Shown here: piece by piece, positions 38,271-52,086 of the stretch | Layout: each line of letters begins with the position of its first letter | Position numbering within the stretch: position 1 is the stretch's first letter | Assembly (NCBI RefSeq): GCF_004010195.1 | Contig: NC_057728.1 | Location: 7,727,438-7,791,437, forward strand | Direction: 5' to 3' | Length of the DNA: 64,000 bases | Source of the DNA: Chiloscyllium plagiosum | Lineage: Eukaryota | Position numbers and translations under genes: made by a program | The notes under the pieces: generated by a model | Databases searched by the model: none | What the model was told of the DNA's origin: nothing | Seen by the model: only the letters and a program-made list of their open reading frames with translations

Positions 38271-38789
38271 TTTTTTTTTCTCTTGTGATGCTTATATTCC
38301 TGTCGATGAGTGTTTATCTGTCATCTGTGCTCGGTTATTTTCCTCTGACTGGTGTTAAGTCTGTCCATTCAGTCTAATCTTTGTGCTTTCATTGGGCTGA
38401 CCCAGGCTGTGACCCAGGCTACCTTTTGTCAGTTCTCCACCATTATGCTTGACCTTTCAACTTGTCAGGTACATGGTGGACCTTCAGCTAAATAGCAGTA
38501 CTTTTCCCTAGAAGCCAGAAGATACAGAGTTCAATGCACTGCCTTGTAGTCTGGGTTGAGATCTAGTAGCATAACCCCTGATGTTGGGATCCTGCCTCAC
38601 TGTTGAAATCTATAAGGGATGAAGGTTTCATGATTCACACCAACAGCTCATGTGTAGATGCCTCAGGCAAAAAAGGAACTTCTTCCTTTCTCTATCAAAT
38701 GGTTCATTCCATTCTCTTCCAAAGGGGGGATAGGAAATATCTCCGTGAGATACCAAAACAGATTTCAGGGACTTTGGTTTTTCATGGTA

Positions 38790-39065
38790 ATGCATGTTGT
38801 CCATTCCTCATTGCCCTTGCTAGGCTATTTGAGGGCAGTCATGTGTCTGACCAGACTGGGTAAGGAATACAAATTTCCTTCCCTTAATGGGAATTAGTGA
38901 GCAAGATGGTGTTTTATGACAATTGCTGATGGTATCATGATTGTCCACTCGAGTCCAGATTGATCCATTAAATTCAAATTCCATCAACTGCCTGGGTGGG
39001 ATTTGAACTCTGGTTCCCTTCTGGAATCCAAATCCAGTGACATTAGCATTAGGCTACCATCCTCC
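38790..39065 (-). mobile_element. Family-2 SINE
   Basis: Blocks shared with 6455-6817. Confidence 0.65.
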
Positions 39066-39120
39066 ATGTTTGCTGCCTAGCTTTTAGGGCAAGTACTGAC
39101 CAGAACCCAGTGATGGGAGA

Positions 39121-39211
39121 CCAAAAGAGAAAATGCTGGAAAATCTCAGCAGGTCTGGCAGCATCTGTAAGGAGAGAAAAGAACTGACGTTTCGAGTCTA
39201 ACTGACCCTTT
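39121..39211 (-). mobile_element. Short PLE pLTR insertion, family E, with 11-bp TSD
   Basis: GTGATGGGAGA at 39110-39120 and 39212-39222; minus strand GGGUC aguua GACUC-GAAA-CGUC. Confidence 0.8.
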
Positions 39212-39352
39212 GTGATGGGAGAGATGTATTGCCAGACATTTGCATCGATAAGGTGTGGCAACCAAGCTCTATCCTGACACTGTGTAGCCCTTTATCGATT
39301 GTTCTCCTCTTCGTCACCAAGTAGAACTGAGGTGAATTATACCATAGAATCA

Positions 39353-39545
39353 AAGAATATCGACAGTGTTGATGCAAACCATTCGGCCCATTGTGTCCAC
39401 ATTGACTGTTCAAAGTGACCCCAAACCAAACCCAAACCCTACCCTACTCTCAAAACCCTGCATTTCCCATAGTTAATCCACCGAGCCTGTGCATCCGTGG
39501 ACACTATGGGAAATTTAGCATGGCCAATCCACCTAACCTATCCTC
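39353..39545 (-). mobile_element. HE1-like SINE 3' half
   Basis: Matches 7723-7900. Confidence 0.75.
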
Positions 39546-40527
39546 TCCCTTTCCATCCTGATTGAGCAGAGCTTTTTGACCATCGGCTAAACCCAGCACC
39601 CTAGCAACACATTATAAGGTGCATGTACTCTCTGAACCGTCAAGGGAGCTGCTCAGCATTGCTTAAAGGCTGTTGACTCTCTATCAATAACTTGGAGTAT
39701 CACTGCTTGAGCTGTTAATTGTGTTTCTTGACTTCAAAAAGCAGTAATTGTACTGAAAAATTGACGAGTACTTTTTCAACATGGTTTGTCTCTGAGATAT
39801 TTATAAGTGTCTCATCATTTGAAGGAGGAATCTCAGAAGGAGATGTTGTTGTAGTAGTGGGCAAGATATTTGGAAGTAATTCTCGAATGGTGTTTTCCTG
39901 GAATGATGGTAGCAAGATAAGAAGGTGGAGCTTCGAGTTTGCGAAGGACAAAATTGAAGCAGATGTTGGAATGTTGGACCTTACGCTGTGAGGGTCAGCA
40001 AACCTGGAACAGGTTGGCAGAAAGGGTGAAGCTGAGGCAATGCAATGGATCTGGTTCAGAAACATCCAAATGTTGTCCAGGAAACTTGGTTTTAACTGGC
40101 TCTCTCGATAAACTGTGTACCTCAAATGCCGCAAAGTTTAGTGTATTATTTTGTCCAAGTAATATAGTTTTAAAAATTTATTTATCTCAGTGTAAATCTA
40201 CTTGTTCAATCAAATTATCAACAATTTAATCCAATTTCGAGTCAATTTCTCCTCAATGTCTGAATGGCCAGTTGAGAGTGCGAGTGAGAAGACTCTGCCA
40301 GTAGGGCAAGGTTACATTATTATTTGTGCTTTATGCTGTAAGTAAAGTATAACAGTGATGTGTATACCTGCTGCATTACATTTCTATGACTTGGTGTGTG
40401 TTTTTACATTGATTACGCGGACCTCTTGATTATTCAGAACATTTGATCAACCAGCGTCCTCATGGTTCCATATGTATCAGATAATAAAAAGTTTGCTGTA
40501 GTAAGAAGATGGTTGGATTGAGAGAGA

Positions 40528-41030
40528 TGTGGCATAGCAGCAGTGTCACTGGACTGGTAACCTCGAGTCCCAGGCTAATGTTTTGGGGCATGTGTTCAAA
40601 TCCCAACTACTGAAATTGAAATTCAATTAGTCACGCAGTCATAGAGTCATAGAGAAATACAGCTCAGAAACAGACCTTTCGGTCCAACCTATCCATGCCA
40701 ACCAGATATCCTGTATAAATCTAGTCCCATTTGCCGGCATTTGGCCGATATCCCTCTAAACCCTTCCTATTCATATCCCCTTCCAATGCCTTTTAAATGC
40801 TGTAGTTGTTCCACCACTTCCTCTGGCAGCTCATTCCATGCATGCACCACCCTCCACATGATAAATACAATTTGGAATCCTTTTGCTGGTCTGGCCTACT
40901 GTGACCCCAGGCGCACAGGAATGTACCCCAGCAATGCATAATGTTCTGGTATCATCCAACAGTGGTTAGTTTAAGGTAATCATGATCAAATGACTCTAAA
41001 GTGCCCTTTGAAAATGCCCAGCAAGTCTCC
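40528..41030 (+). mobile_element. Family-2 SINE interrupted by a minus-strand CR1 tail (40632-40860)
   Basis: SINE head 40528-40630, CR1 tail gtcatagagtcatagag..., SINE remainder from about 40870. Confidence 0.65.
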
Positions 41031-41059
41031 CAGTTGTAATAGTTTGCTACAAAGGTACT

Positions 41060-42136
41060 TGAGAACAGTGAAGGGTCATTTTGGTCAATTTGTGCTTTTC
41101 CAAGAATTTGCCCACCTATATTTCGTGCTGCGAATAGATGAGAACAAACATTGGCGGAATTGGCTAAGTTGTACCCAACCACGGTTGTGTTGCAGACTAG
41201 ATGTAACGCAGTAGCTGTGTTGTGTCCGGTGCGACACTATAGAACGGATGGAAGTGCGTTGCAGAGAATGCCGAAGAGATTTACAAGAATGCTTCCAGGG
41301 AGGAGAAGCTTCAGCTGTGAGGATAGATTGGAAAATTTTGGACAGGAGGAGGTTTAGAGGAGAACTGTTGGAAGTTTTCACGAGCTGGATAGATTAGATG
41401 AGGAGAAACTAATCCACCTGGTCACAGGATGAAGAGTGAGAGCACACAGATTTAAACTGATTTGCAAAAGAAATGCGCTGTGAGAAGAAAGCTTTTCTTA
41501 CACAGCGAGTGTTTTAGGCCTGTCTGGAAGTGTGGTGGAAGCAGATTGAATTCAGACATTGAGAGGGCATTTAATGATTGTTTACTTTCAAGTAGGTGTT
41601 AGGGTGTGGGGCAAAGCAAGAGGATGGCACTGAGGCAGGGAGGCTTGGACAGGCTAGGATAATGTAGGAAAGTGTGGGATCATGCATTTTGGAAGGAAGA
41701 CAAGAGATGTAGACTATGTACTAAATAGGAAAAGGCTTTGGAAATCCAAAGCATAAAGGGACTTGATAGTCCTACTTCAGGACTCTCTCTTCAAGTTAAT
41801 ATGCAGGTTCAGTTAGCAAATGCAATGTTAGCATTCAATCTACACAAGCCAGAATATATGAACAGTGATGTCCTGCTGAGGGTGTGTAAAGTTCTGATGA
41901 GACTACAGTTGGAATATTGAGAGTAGTTTTGAGCCCTGTATCTGAGGGAGGATGTACTGGCATTGGAGAGGGTCCAAAGGAGGTTTACAGGAATGAAACT
42001 GGGCATGAAGAACTAGTTACAAGAGGAGGGGTTGAGGACTCTGTCTCTCTACTTAATGTAGTTTAGAAAGGCTGGGAGCTGGGGTGGGGAGAGGAGGGGT
42101 GTCGTGGGAGCGGGGGGAATCTGATTGAAATTTGTA
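41060..42136 (+). mobile_element. Two adjacent decayed CR1 ORF2 fragments
   Basis: ALQRMPKRFTRMLPG; KCGIMHFGR...LLRVCKVLMRLQLEY...LERVQRRFT. Confidence 0.75.
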
Positions 42137-42320
42137 AAGATATGCAGGTCAGGTAGGTTAGCTATGCTAAATTGCCCATTGTGTCCAGGGATGTGCAGGC
42201 TAGGTGAGTTAGTTATGGAAAATACAGGGTGAGAGAGGGTAGGGTGGGATGAGTCTGGATGGGATGCTTTCAGGGGGATGGTGTGGACTCGATAGGCCGA
42301 ATGCCTGCTTCCACACTACT
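42137..42320 (+). mobile_element. HE1-like SINE 3' half
   Basis: aaagatatgcaggtcagg...cctgcttccacact. Confidence 0.75.
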
Positions 42321-43367
42321 CTGACACTGAAAATAGCTATCACATATGCTTCAGAGGAAGTGAGACTTACTACTGGCAATTGGGATGCATGTTTGAAAAC
42401 GTGGACAATTTCAGTAAACTGAACTCTTAAACCAATCTGAAATGAAATGCAGCTGGATCAGGGTTAGCTATCAGCCCCCTCCAAATTAAAATCCAGGCTT
42501 GTAATGCTTTGAACCCTTTAGATGGCCCTGCTTCAATACTGAGTGCATGCCTCAGTCTGTGGGCTGGTCAGATGCTGAGCTGTGTGCTCAGTCCTTTATT
42601 CACACTGAGCATTGATTTACTGGCCAGTCGATGTTTTGTTGCTTGGTTCTGGAGTGGGACTGCAGAAGAACAAAGTGGCGCAGTGTCACCCTGGTGACTC
42701 CAAAAAGCCACCAGTTTGTCGTTCAGACCATGAGAAAACCCTGACCGGATCGGCCAACGCAGTCTGATGTGAAGCGTGGCACTTAGAAACACAAGTTCTG
42801 TTTTATTGTCACGGCCAGTAGAGACTGACTTCATTCAAATATTACAACTGAAAAGGAAAGTGATTGCAAATTTTTTTGCAATGTTGATGACATGCTTTGC
42901 TTCAGGAATTTTTTTTTTTCCCTTTGCCTTGCTATTTATTAGAATTTCACACATCCAGCGATGCAGTTGGTGTGTGGTCAGGGAAGGGGGATAGATTTCT
43001 AGTGAAGGACCGATTGTTAATTGGCTGCTTGCCGCATTCGATGTAGACTTGCGTAGGAGGGGTGATTGTGGAGAGAAAATCTTGAAGCCCGTGGCCCAGC
43101 GTGTCCTGGTGCAGGGACAGGGTGTCGCCTTGCATGATTTGGAAAGAGCAAAGAACTAATTGAGAATTTACATCTGAGGTGTGATATCTGCTGTTACACT
43201 GCAGTCAGGTATGGAGCAATAATGTATGTCACCTGGGAAACCGGAAAAAAAACAATACTTGATTCAGTTTCAGTAGTTTTAGCTTAAAAATCTGTTTATT
43301 TTGAACTCTGAGAAACGGACCTAACAGCTGTATAGTCTGTAAAATGGAAAATGAGGATATTCCACTG

Positions 43368-43682
43368 TGGCACAGAGGCTCAATGGTTAGCACTGCTGTC
43401 TCACAGCACCAGAGACCTGGGTTTGACTCCAATCTCAGGTGACTGTCTGTGTGGAGTTTGCACATTCTCCCCGTGTCTGTGTGTTTCCTCTGAAACGGTC
43501 CAGAGACATACAGGTTAGTTGGATTGGCCATGATAAATTGCCCCATTGTGGATGTATGTTGCCATGGGAAATGCAGGGTTACAAAGATAGATATGGGTTT
43601 GGGTGATCAGCTCTTCAGAGTCGGTGTGGACTCGATGGGCCAAATGGCCACTTCTATGCTGTAGCAGTTCTATGGAGTCTAT
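43368..43682 (+). mobile_element. HE1-like V-SINE
   Basis: Head, V-domain and tail. Confidence 0.85.
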
Positions 43683-46094
43683 TTTAAGAAATCCAAATGT
43701 CTGATACCTTGCTCTCAATTCATTCCTTAGCAAATGAAATCAGAATTGTCTGAAGACCTCAGCCTTTCTTGAATGTGTGAGTGGAAGTATTTGTTGAGAG
43801 TTGTTGTGTAAGGCAGTCAGTACGGGAAAGAGTTACTACAAGGTAAACTCTACCCTTCAGGGTATAAAGGAGTGTTCCGAGGAAGAGTTGACCAGTGTTG
43901 TCATTTATCCCAACCAATTATGCTTATGATTCTCTGCTTGTCACCAATACTGTTAGTAGCTGTAATATGCACTTACTCTAAGTTGGTACCTAATACCTCA
44001 AGCAGCAATTACGTACTTTTAGATGTAATGTAGTTACGCTATTAAGAATTATGTAGTAGTCTAATTACTGTGATCGGTTTTAATTTAGTCATGTTGGAAT
44101 ATTTCCCCATGTATCAGTTGCTTTGATGAATACCTGGAGAGAGGGGTGAATTGTCAATTGTAAGAAGGATGGATTTGCAACTGGTTCTCTTTATTTCTGG
44201 ATACGTTTGGCTACAGCAAAACATTGGTGAGGACAGAGCTTTGTTGTTTCTGTAAGATCTTCCTTCCTTTCCTGAAGCCATAGGATTATGGTTTCACGCT
44301 TGCTCCCCTCCCCCCGCCCCCGTATAGTGCCCATTACCAAACTAAATCATGCCAACGTTTTACTTTGAGATGTTGCAACTGTTTCAGATCTTGTTTTCTC
44401 CTGCAGGCATTCTAGGGCTTATATTTCTGAACTCCACATTGGATTGTACCTTTTAAAAATCACTCTTAAAATCTTCCATCAAACTATTCTGGGGGCTATT
44501 TCAGCTCTTCTTACCAGTTCACTGTTAGGAACAGACCCTGGGCAAGTTTCTCCAATTTGTTATACCTCTTGGGTGTAGAGGGATTGCCTGACTCCCCTTC
44601 TTTTTCCCCCTTCGTTGGTTGCAAGTCAAATTTGCAAAAGGTCCATTTCCTTGTGGAAACTTTTCTCCCAGACCAAATAATCATCCGTTTCAAAAGTAGC
44701 TAATTTGCCAAGGCATTTTTGAATTAACAAGAACAGTCAGTCTATTAGTTACTAAAGTGAGAAAAATGAGTAATACAACGTGCACATTTATTAAAAATAA
44801 GACGCGAGTCTAAAAAAAGTGTTGAAAAAATGCAGATGGATTAGTTGTTGAATTGATCAGAGAGTGTTCGTGGTTAAACAGTTGGCTTTTGAGACACCTG
44901 ATTTTTCTCGGCTGACTGAGATTCCTTTGTCCTGATTTATTTTTGATATTGGCTTGGAACTCAAGGAGTTAGAGGGCCTTCCTTCCACATGGGTAACTAG
45001 AAACATTTATTTGACTGCGAGCTTCACAGCATGCTAGCTTGAACCCAGCCTAGTACATTACAGGAATGTCCAGCCCCCCTAGTCCAATCCAGTAGTGTTG
45101 AAACTGAGGTTTTTTGATATTGTCTTTGTGCATCCTTCAAAGGAAAAATGCAGAAAGCGCCTTCAGCTTGGGGGATAATCCACAAGGGACCAATTACTGT
45201 TAAGCAGGAGGTTGTCAGCCCCCTATTACCTTTGCAGTCACTAGGCAGGGATAGATTCTCCCATTGGTCCCGCACAGACATTTTTTACACATGGAGTATT
45301 GTATCTGAAGCAGTTTTCTTTTTTAAAATAAAATGCATGTGCTGAATTAAGAGAGAAATGCATCCACAGTACTTTGGGGTTCTGACCGATGGTTTTGACA
45401 ATACTTTTTCATTTGACCTCATGTTTGAATTGGATGTCTGAATGCATACCGATGTCCCTGAATTTACTGAGCTCGAGTGGGGTGATCTGGTCTGAGGTGC
45501 TGCACTTCATTAACTAGTTGTGGGAACTTGTAAAACTGCCTGGCATTATGGGGCAAGGCATCCAATCGGCTGGTATGAGGATGGTTCTGGCTGTGTGTGT
45601 GGAAATCATGTTCTTATTAACCAGCCTGCGATTCACTCCACCATTTCACAACATCTCCAAGGGAAATGAGAGATACAAAAACAGCTTTGCAGTTTGTAAC
45701 TATGTCCTGTCCTGTTCATGGCCGTACTCCATGGACCTCTGTACCTTACTGTTAGGCGTCTACCTCATTTCATCAGTGGCATGTCGGGCTTCATTGTTCC
45801 ACACATGAATACTCAGGAAGCAAAGGTAATTTAACATCAACATTTACCGGCAATAGACTTGGAATGCTATGTAGTGACATGTTGCAGAATCATAACACAA
45901 TGTCCATATTTGGCTTTGTCAGGTAAGAAAATCTTCATCCTTTTATGCATGAGATGAAGATCAGCAAAAACAGGAAGGAACAAGATAAAAAGACAGAACA
46001 CTGCCAGGATGTTAGAATGTACTGGAGTTCTGTTTTGACGTATTTGAGAAGAGTTAGACCAGTGTGCTTCAATTACCACTTTTACTGTAAACAA

Positions 46095-46585
46095 AAACCA
46101 CAAGGAGCTGTAGATGCTGGAAATCAGAAACAAAAATGGAAACTGCTGGAAAAGTTCTGCAGGTCTGGCAGCATCTGTGGAGAGGAAGCAAAGCTAACAA
46201 TAAGTGACCCTTCTTCAGAATGGATGGTAGTTAGGAAAATGTTCATATTAATGCAAAAGATGGGGTGAGGAAAGGGAGGGAGGGAAGGAGAAGTAAACAA
46301 TAGGTGGAGATAGAGTTTAAAGAGTAAGAAACACAGTTGAACAGACAAGGGAAATGGGTAAAGGTCAATGGGAACTATTAGTAGCTTATGATAGGCTGGT
46401 TGTGGTAGCAGCCCATGTGATAACAAGGTTCAGTGTGTTGGAAAGACATGAGAGAAGGTGCTCAAGCCTAAAATTGTTGAACTTGATATTGAATCCAGAA
46501 GGCTGCAGGTTTCCTAAGCAGAAAATGAGATGCTGTTCTTCCAACTTGTGCTGAGCTTCTCTGGCTTGTTGCAGTGTTCTAGCCA
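46095..46585 (-). mobile_element. PLE 3' fragment: endonuclease C-terminus plus family-E pLTR
   Basis: EAQHKLEEQHLIFCLGNLQPSGFNIKFNNFR, typical of the PLE ORF end, is physically linked to the pLTR. Confidence 0.85.
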
Positions 46586-46589
46586 AGCA

Positions 46590-47185
46590 CTTGAATCAAT
46601 GACAGTGAAGGAATGGCGATATATTTCTAAGTCAGGATGGTATGTGGTTTGGAGGGGGACTGCAGGTGGTAGTGTTCCTATGCATCTACTGCCCTTGTCC
46701 TTCTAAGTGGTAGAGGATGAGAGTTTGCCAGGTGCTGTGAGAAGAGCTCTGGGGAGTGCATCTTGTAGAAGGTACATACTGCTTATTCTGAGGTGCAGAG
46801 GGAGTGAACATTGAGGGTGGTGCTTTGGATGCCTGTCAAGTGAGCTGAGCTGTTTTTTTTTCTGACTGGTATCAAAGTTCTTGAATGTTGTTGGAGCTGC
46901 ACTCGCCAAGAGAAGTCAAGCATATTCAATCAAATTCTGACTTGTCGTATAGATGACAGGCAGGTTTTTGGGAGTCAGGAGCTGAGTTACCCGCTGTACA
47001 ATTCACAGCCTCTGATCTGCACAAGTAACCACAGTATTTACATAACCCGTCAAGTTCAGGTTCTGACCAATGGCAAGCACTGAGGAAGGTGATTGTGGGG
47101 GATTCAGCAATGGTAATGCTATTGAATGTCAAGGAACGATGGTTGGATTCTCTCTTGTTGAAGGTATTCATTGTCTGGTATTTGT
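46590..47185 (-). mobile_element. L2/CR1-group LINE 3' region
   Basis: SAAPTTFKNFDT and LTFNSITIAESPTI remnants. Confidence 0.65.
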
Positions 47186-47613
47186 GTTTTATACAATATA
47201 CTGGGGCCCTATTTCCTCAGCTATATTGTACCACTCTTGCAAGAACCCCAGCAGCAGAGCAGACACCATCACTGGCACTGAAACTGGCATCAACTGGATA
47301 TTGTCTCTTTCTGCTTTAGGTTATAGGAGGCTATAGGTTATAGGAGGCTACCACTAGATTACTCTTGCCACTTGGAGGATGGCAGGTACTTGGTTTGCCC
47401 ATTTGAAATGAGAGTTTGAAGTAAAAGCAAACAAGTTGTTGTTCAGGTGGCCTGCCCCTTGTTAGACGCATGTAGATCTGCTAGTGTCAGGAAGTAGACT
47501 ATTGCTGTTAAATTGTGGGTTCTATTCCTTGAATCATCTCTGTGGTGGGCTAAGGTTACATATTTCATGCCAATTTAACTTATTAAACCGTGATATCACC
47601 CATGTAAATCTGA

Positions 47614-47959
47614 GGGCATGGTTGCTCAGTGGTTAGCACTGCTGCCTCACAGTGCCCGGGACCCGGGTTTGATTCCAGCCTTGGGTGACTGTCTGTTTGG
47701 AGTTTGCAAGTTCTCCCCGTGTCTCTGTGGATTTCCTCCAGGTGCTGCGGTTTCCTTCACCAATCCAAAGATATGCAGGTTAGGTGAATTGGCTATGCTA
47801 AATTGCCTGTAGTGTTCAGGAATGTGTAGGTGAGATGCATTAGTCAGGGGTAAATGTAGAGTAATAGGGTAGGGGAATGGGTCAGGGTGAGTTACTCTTC
47901 GGAGGGTCATTGTGGACTTGCTGGGTGAAATAGCCTGTTTCCACACTGTTGGGATTCTA
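47614..47959 (+). mobile_element. HE1-like V-SINE
   Basis: Head, V-domain and tail. Confidence 0.9.
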
Positions 47960-48924
47960 CCTTATGTTGTCTATTTCTATGTCATCTCTCCCATGTAGTC
48001 TATCATCTATCTCTTTCCTGAGGTGTTGTGCAAAAAGTGCCCCTTGTGTAATTTGACCAAAACTCTACACAAAAGAAAAATTACTGCCCCTTTGCATTGC
48101 CATCTGTTCGTGATGACATGAGACAGTCCATGAGTCTTTTGGACTCAATGTTTGTGTCCTGTGAATCTCCATATTCGGATCTCCATTTGCTTTCCCCTCC
48201 CTCAGTTGGGGAGTCGAGTTCCATCGGGAATGACCGTTCTGGAGCTGAGAAGGCAGCTTCCTTGGGTGGCTCATCGGTGTCTCTGAACCCAGTGGCCTTC
48301 CTGCCTCCACCCGAGTCAAGTTCTGGGTAGGAAAGACCGATGTCTACCTTCCTGCTGCCAATTGTGCCTGTTGAGTTGTCGAATAATGATCAGTTGACTC
48401 GATTCCCTAGCTCCAGGCGTGACGTACACTCTGCTGGTAAGCCAGTCCGGGTGGGTAGGTATTTGGGGGAGGAACAGGGACTTATCCCCACAATTGTTTG
48501 TGCATGATCTAGAAATTGGACATAACATGAGGTTGGTGGTCACTGTAAAACACCTTCCTGACCTGAGTTCCAAAGCCAACCTTGCTCAATAAAAGCACCT
48601 TATCCCCACAATCTTGACTATTCACCTGGCAGCAGTCTTGGCCATCTTGGTGGTGCTGATCCAGCCTCTGTCATTAGATGGGACTTAATTCCACACAGAG
48701 GAATTGATCCTGCCTAATTGGAAGTTGATGTAGCCAGTCATGTTTTCGACGCATATGCTAGACTCTTGAGGAAATGGAGGTATTTCTCCGAGGTGCTGTC
48801 TCTCACCTTGCCAAGTGGCCTTTCCTAATGGACAAACCTGGGGAGTAAGTGTTTGTAAATTATCTGGCTATGAGCACGCACGCACTCTGAGATAAAATCT
48901 ATAAGTTGTCTCAATCAAAGAAAA

Positions 48925-49005
48925 GATTGGGCTGGGATATTTGGTCAGCATGGATGAATTGGACCGAAAGGTCTGTTTTTGTGCTGTACACCTCTGTGAC
49001 TCTAT
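48925..49005 (+). mobile_element. CR1 3' tail
   Basis: ggtcagcatggatgaattggaccgaaaggtctg...tgactctat. Confidence 0.75.
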
Positions 49006-51366
49006 ATAAAAAAATATGCTTTTCATTTCAAACTGGAGCCTGAATTTCTCGCCTGATTTTCATGTGTTCAGGACTCTGTGTGGCTGATGTTATGGTAAAT
49101 GATAACCGTTGCGCTGCACACTGCAAAGTCCTCAAATTCTCCATTTTAATTGTTCCAACAAATAATCCTTTGACCCACTGAAGCGTGATGGATTTAATGA
49201 GAAAATACCACACCTTTAATGAAGTTTAAATGATGCAACTTAATGAGTTTCAAACTGTCCTTTGTATTTGGCTGAAGGAAGAAAAGCATTTCAAAATCAT
49301 AGCGATTATCTCCAAATGCAATGAAAGGAGAATCACCGCTTTCAGATAGAGCAGTTATAGTTTGAACACTGATCTCTGTCTGCTGTACAAAAAGATTAAT
49401 CGAACTGCAGGAACTATTGCTGCGATATCTTGTGAAATAGTAGCAACTGGGGGCAGCAGGTTTGCTGAGTTTGTGTTTATTTTGTACTGGCTCATCTCAA
49501 CAATGCAGACTTTTTTTTGGCACTGTGTCAGGTACATTGCTCTTGCAAAACATTTCGACACATAGTTGCACTTCGCATCATTTTTGCAGATTGATTTAGA
49601 AGGTCAATTTGTGTGGGCTTTGAAGTTGCTGTTAAGAAGTTGCAAATGTGAAATGCCAAAGTATTTACGTTTAGAAAACATGATCAAGATTTGAAAAGCT
49701 GAACCCCAAAAGCCTTTCTCCATATTTAATGATTTGATAACAAGAGTCCATCAATATACTTATGTTAGTTCTAGTTGCATAACAGTAGATTCAAATAGTT
49801 TTGTTTTCCTATGAAGGGTTAGATTATGGTGTGCCTCAAATATAAAAGGCTGATTAATTGAAACATTGGAGGGGTTTGAAAGTTGTGTTTAACAGTAGCC
49901 AGTGCTGTGGAACTTGAAAGCAGTATGTGCTGGAGGTCTGTAGATGCCAAGGAAGTTTGCAAGTTTCTTGGGATAAGAGGAGGACTAGGTGGGGTTATAT
50001 CTCCATGCTGGAGTTAGACAGCATTTTGATAGGCTTTGGGTCAGACGTAGGTTTGAGAAAACCTTTGCAATCAGTGCCGTAAGAGATAATGATGTCGGAG
50101 TTTGCAAAAAAAAAACCTGATACATTGTATTTCCACCTCCCCCCTCCACTGATGGCCAAGATGAGATGCCAGGTTTAGCATCGTAGTGTAATGGTGCTCC
50201 ACGCTGGTTCACATGCCTCCTCCAGCCTGAGACTGCGTGCCACCTGAATCCAGTGTTACGCTGCTGCATTTGCAGTGATGCCACCTATTGAATTGCTAGC
50301 TGGCAAACTTGGATAAACATTTGAAGAAAGCATGCCAGGAAGAGGTTGGTCCAGTCAATTATATAATGGATGTGGCAGTATGGTCTGTGAAGTGGTGTGC
50401 CTCGTGATGTCGTTTAGAAGTGTAGTGGCATGGTGGTGAATACTGTATTTGCCATGGTATAGAAAAGAATATAATTGTTTCAATGAGTGCCCAACCCATG
50501 TTTTTACAGTCGAACTATTTTCATAGCAAAATGCCCGCTATTGATTTTAAAGTAAATTCTTTCCTGTGCGCATCCCAGGAATTGTTAGCTGTTGAACTCA
50601 TAAACAGGGCTGCATTTTCCACAATCATCTGCACAGTGACTTGATGGAAACCACTGCAACTGCAGAAATTGCTGCTAAAATTGAGCAGAAGGACCAATTG
50701 TTATTGGAAAAAGCTGATCATTTCTGCCTTTAAGCTCCAAATTAATGATATGTGGAATAGATTGCCTCAGTTAGAGCCCAGTAATTGACTTATTGGTGAG
50801 CAAAATAATATTCTGCTCCATTACCTTGCAACTGCAATCATATTCATATGGCATATTAGCTATTTTTCTTTGTGCTGTGATCAGGTCCTGATTTTCCCTC
50901 AGCACCTAAATACGTTTCTAGACATCTAGATCCCTGATGAATGCCTGTCTGTAGAATTAATGATCCACTTTACATATCAGAATGAATTCCCTGCATGGTT
51001 CGGAGTTAATTCTGACCATTTGATGGAACCCATTTGATTTTGAAGAAATAAATTGGTGGAGGGTCCATTTCACACTGCTGCTTAGAGTCAAAGACAAAAA
51101 AAAACCAATTAATTGTCTTAAATTGAGTTTCATAACGCAGCTAATGTTGTTACATTTTGGGAATTGGCAACCAGGTTGAAAGGGCACAAGGCTGAGCAGG
51201 TCTTAATGCTATGCTCAAGTGACGAGGTTCAAACTTGAAATTTCAGTTGCAAAATATAAAACCCTTTTCTGTGCTGTACTTGTCCCATTCTTCCCTCTCC
51301 CGTGACGATCGCGAGAGGGAGCAAGGCTTCAAGTGCAGCAATTATTTGCTGGCTGTCTCAACTGTA

Positions 51367-51912
51367 GGTCATAAAGTCATAGAGATGTACAACACAGAAA
51401 CAGACCCTTCAGTCCAACTTGACCAGATATCCCAACCGAATCTAGTCCCACCTGCCAGCACCCGGCCTATATCCTTCCAAACCCTTTCTATTCATATACC
51501 CATGCAGATGCCTTTTAAATGTTGCAATCGTACTAGCCTCCAACACTTCTTCTGGCAGCCCATTCCGTACACGTACCAACCTCTGCCTGAGAAAGTTACC
51601 CCTTAGATCTCTTTTATATCTTTCCCCTCTTACCTTAAACCTGTGCCCTTTAAGTTCTGGACTCCCCCATCCCAGGGAAAATACTTTGTCTATTTATTCT
51701 ATCCATGCCCCACATGATTTTATAAACCTCTGTAAGGTCACCCCTCAGCCTCTGATGCTCCAGGGAAAGCAGCCGTAGCCTATTCAACCTCTCCCTATAG
51801 CTCAAATCCTCCAACCCTGGCAACATCCTTGTAAATCTTTTCTGAACCTTTTCAAGTTTCACAGCAACCTATTGATAAGAAGGAGACTAAAATTGCATGC
51901 AATTTTCCAAAA
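51367..51912 (-). mobile_element. CR1 3' fragment
   Basis: KLEKVQKRFTRMLPGLEDLSYRERLNRL...RLRGDLTEVYKIM. Confidence 0.92.
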
Positions 51913-52086
51913 GGCTGTGAAACATAGCAAAACTTCATCTGACCACCTGCAATTCTAATAGAAACATTTGAAGCTTTCAGAGCAAGGTTTGGGCCAATTC
52001 AGATTGCTGCCTCTCACTTCCAGATATTCACTTTGGGCTGCAGTTAACCTACCCCTCTGTGTGCGAAATGATAGAATAGAAATGGT

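Noticed and set aside
39715-40229. Overlapping 90-139 aa ORFs
   Set aside because: No recognisable domain and no convincing splice sites.
44511-44693. Minus-strand exon candidate with GTAAG donor
   Set aside because: No clear acceptor; peptide unrecognised.
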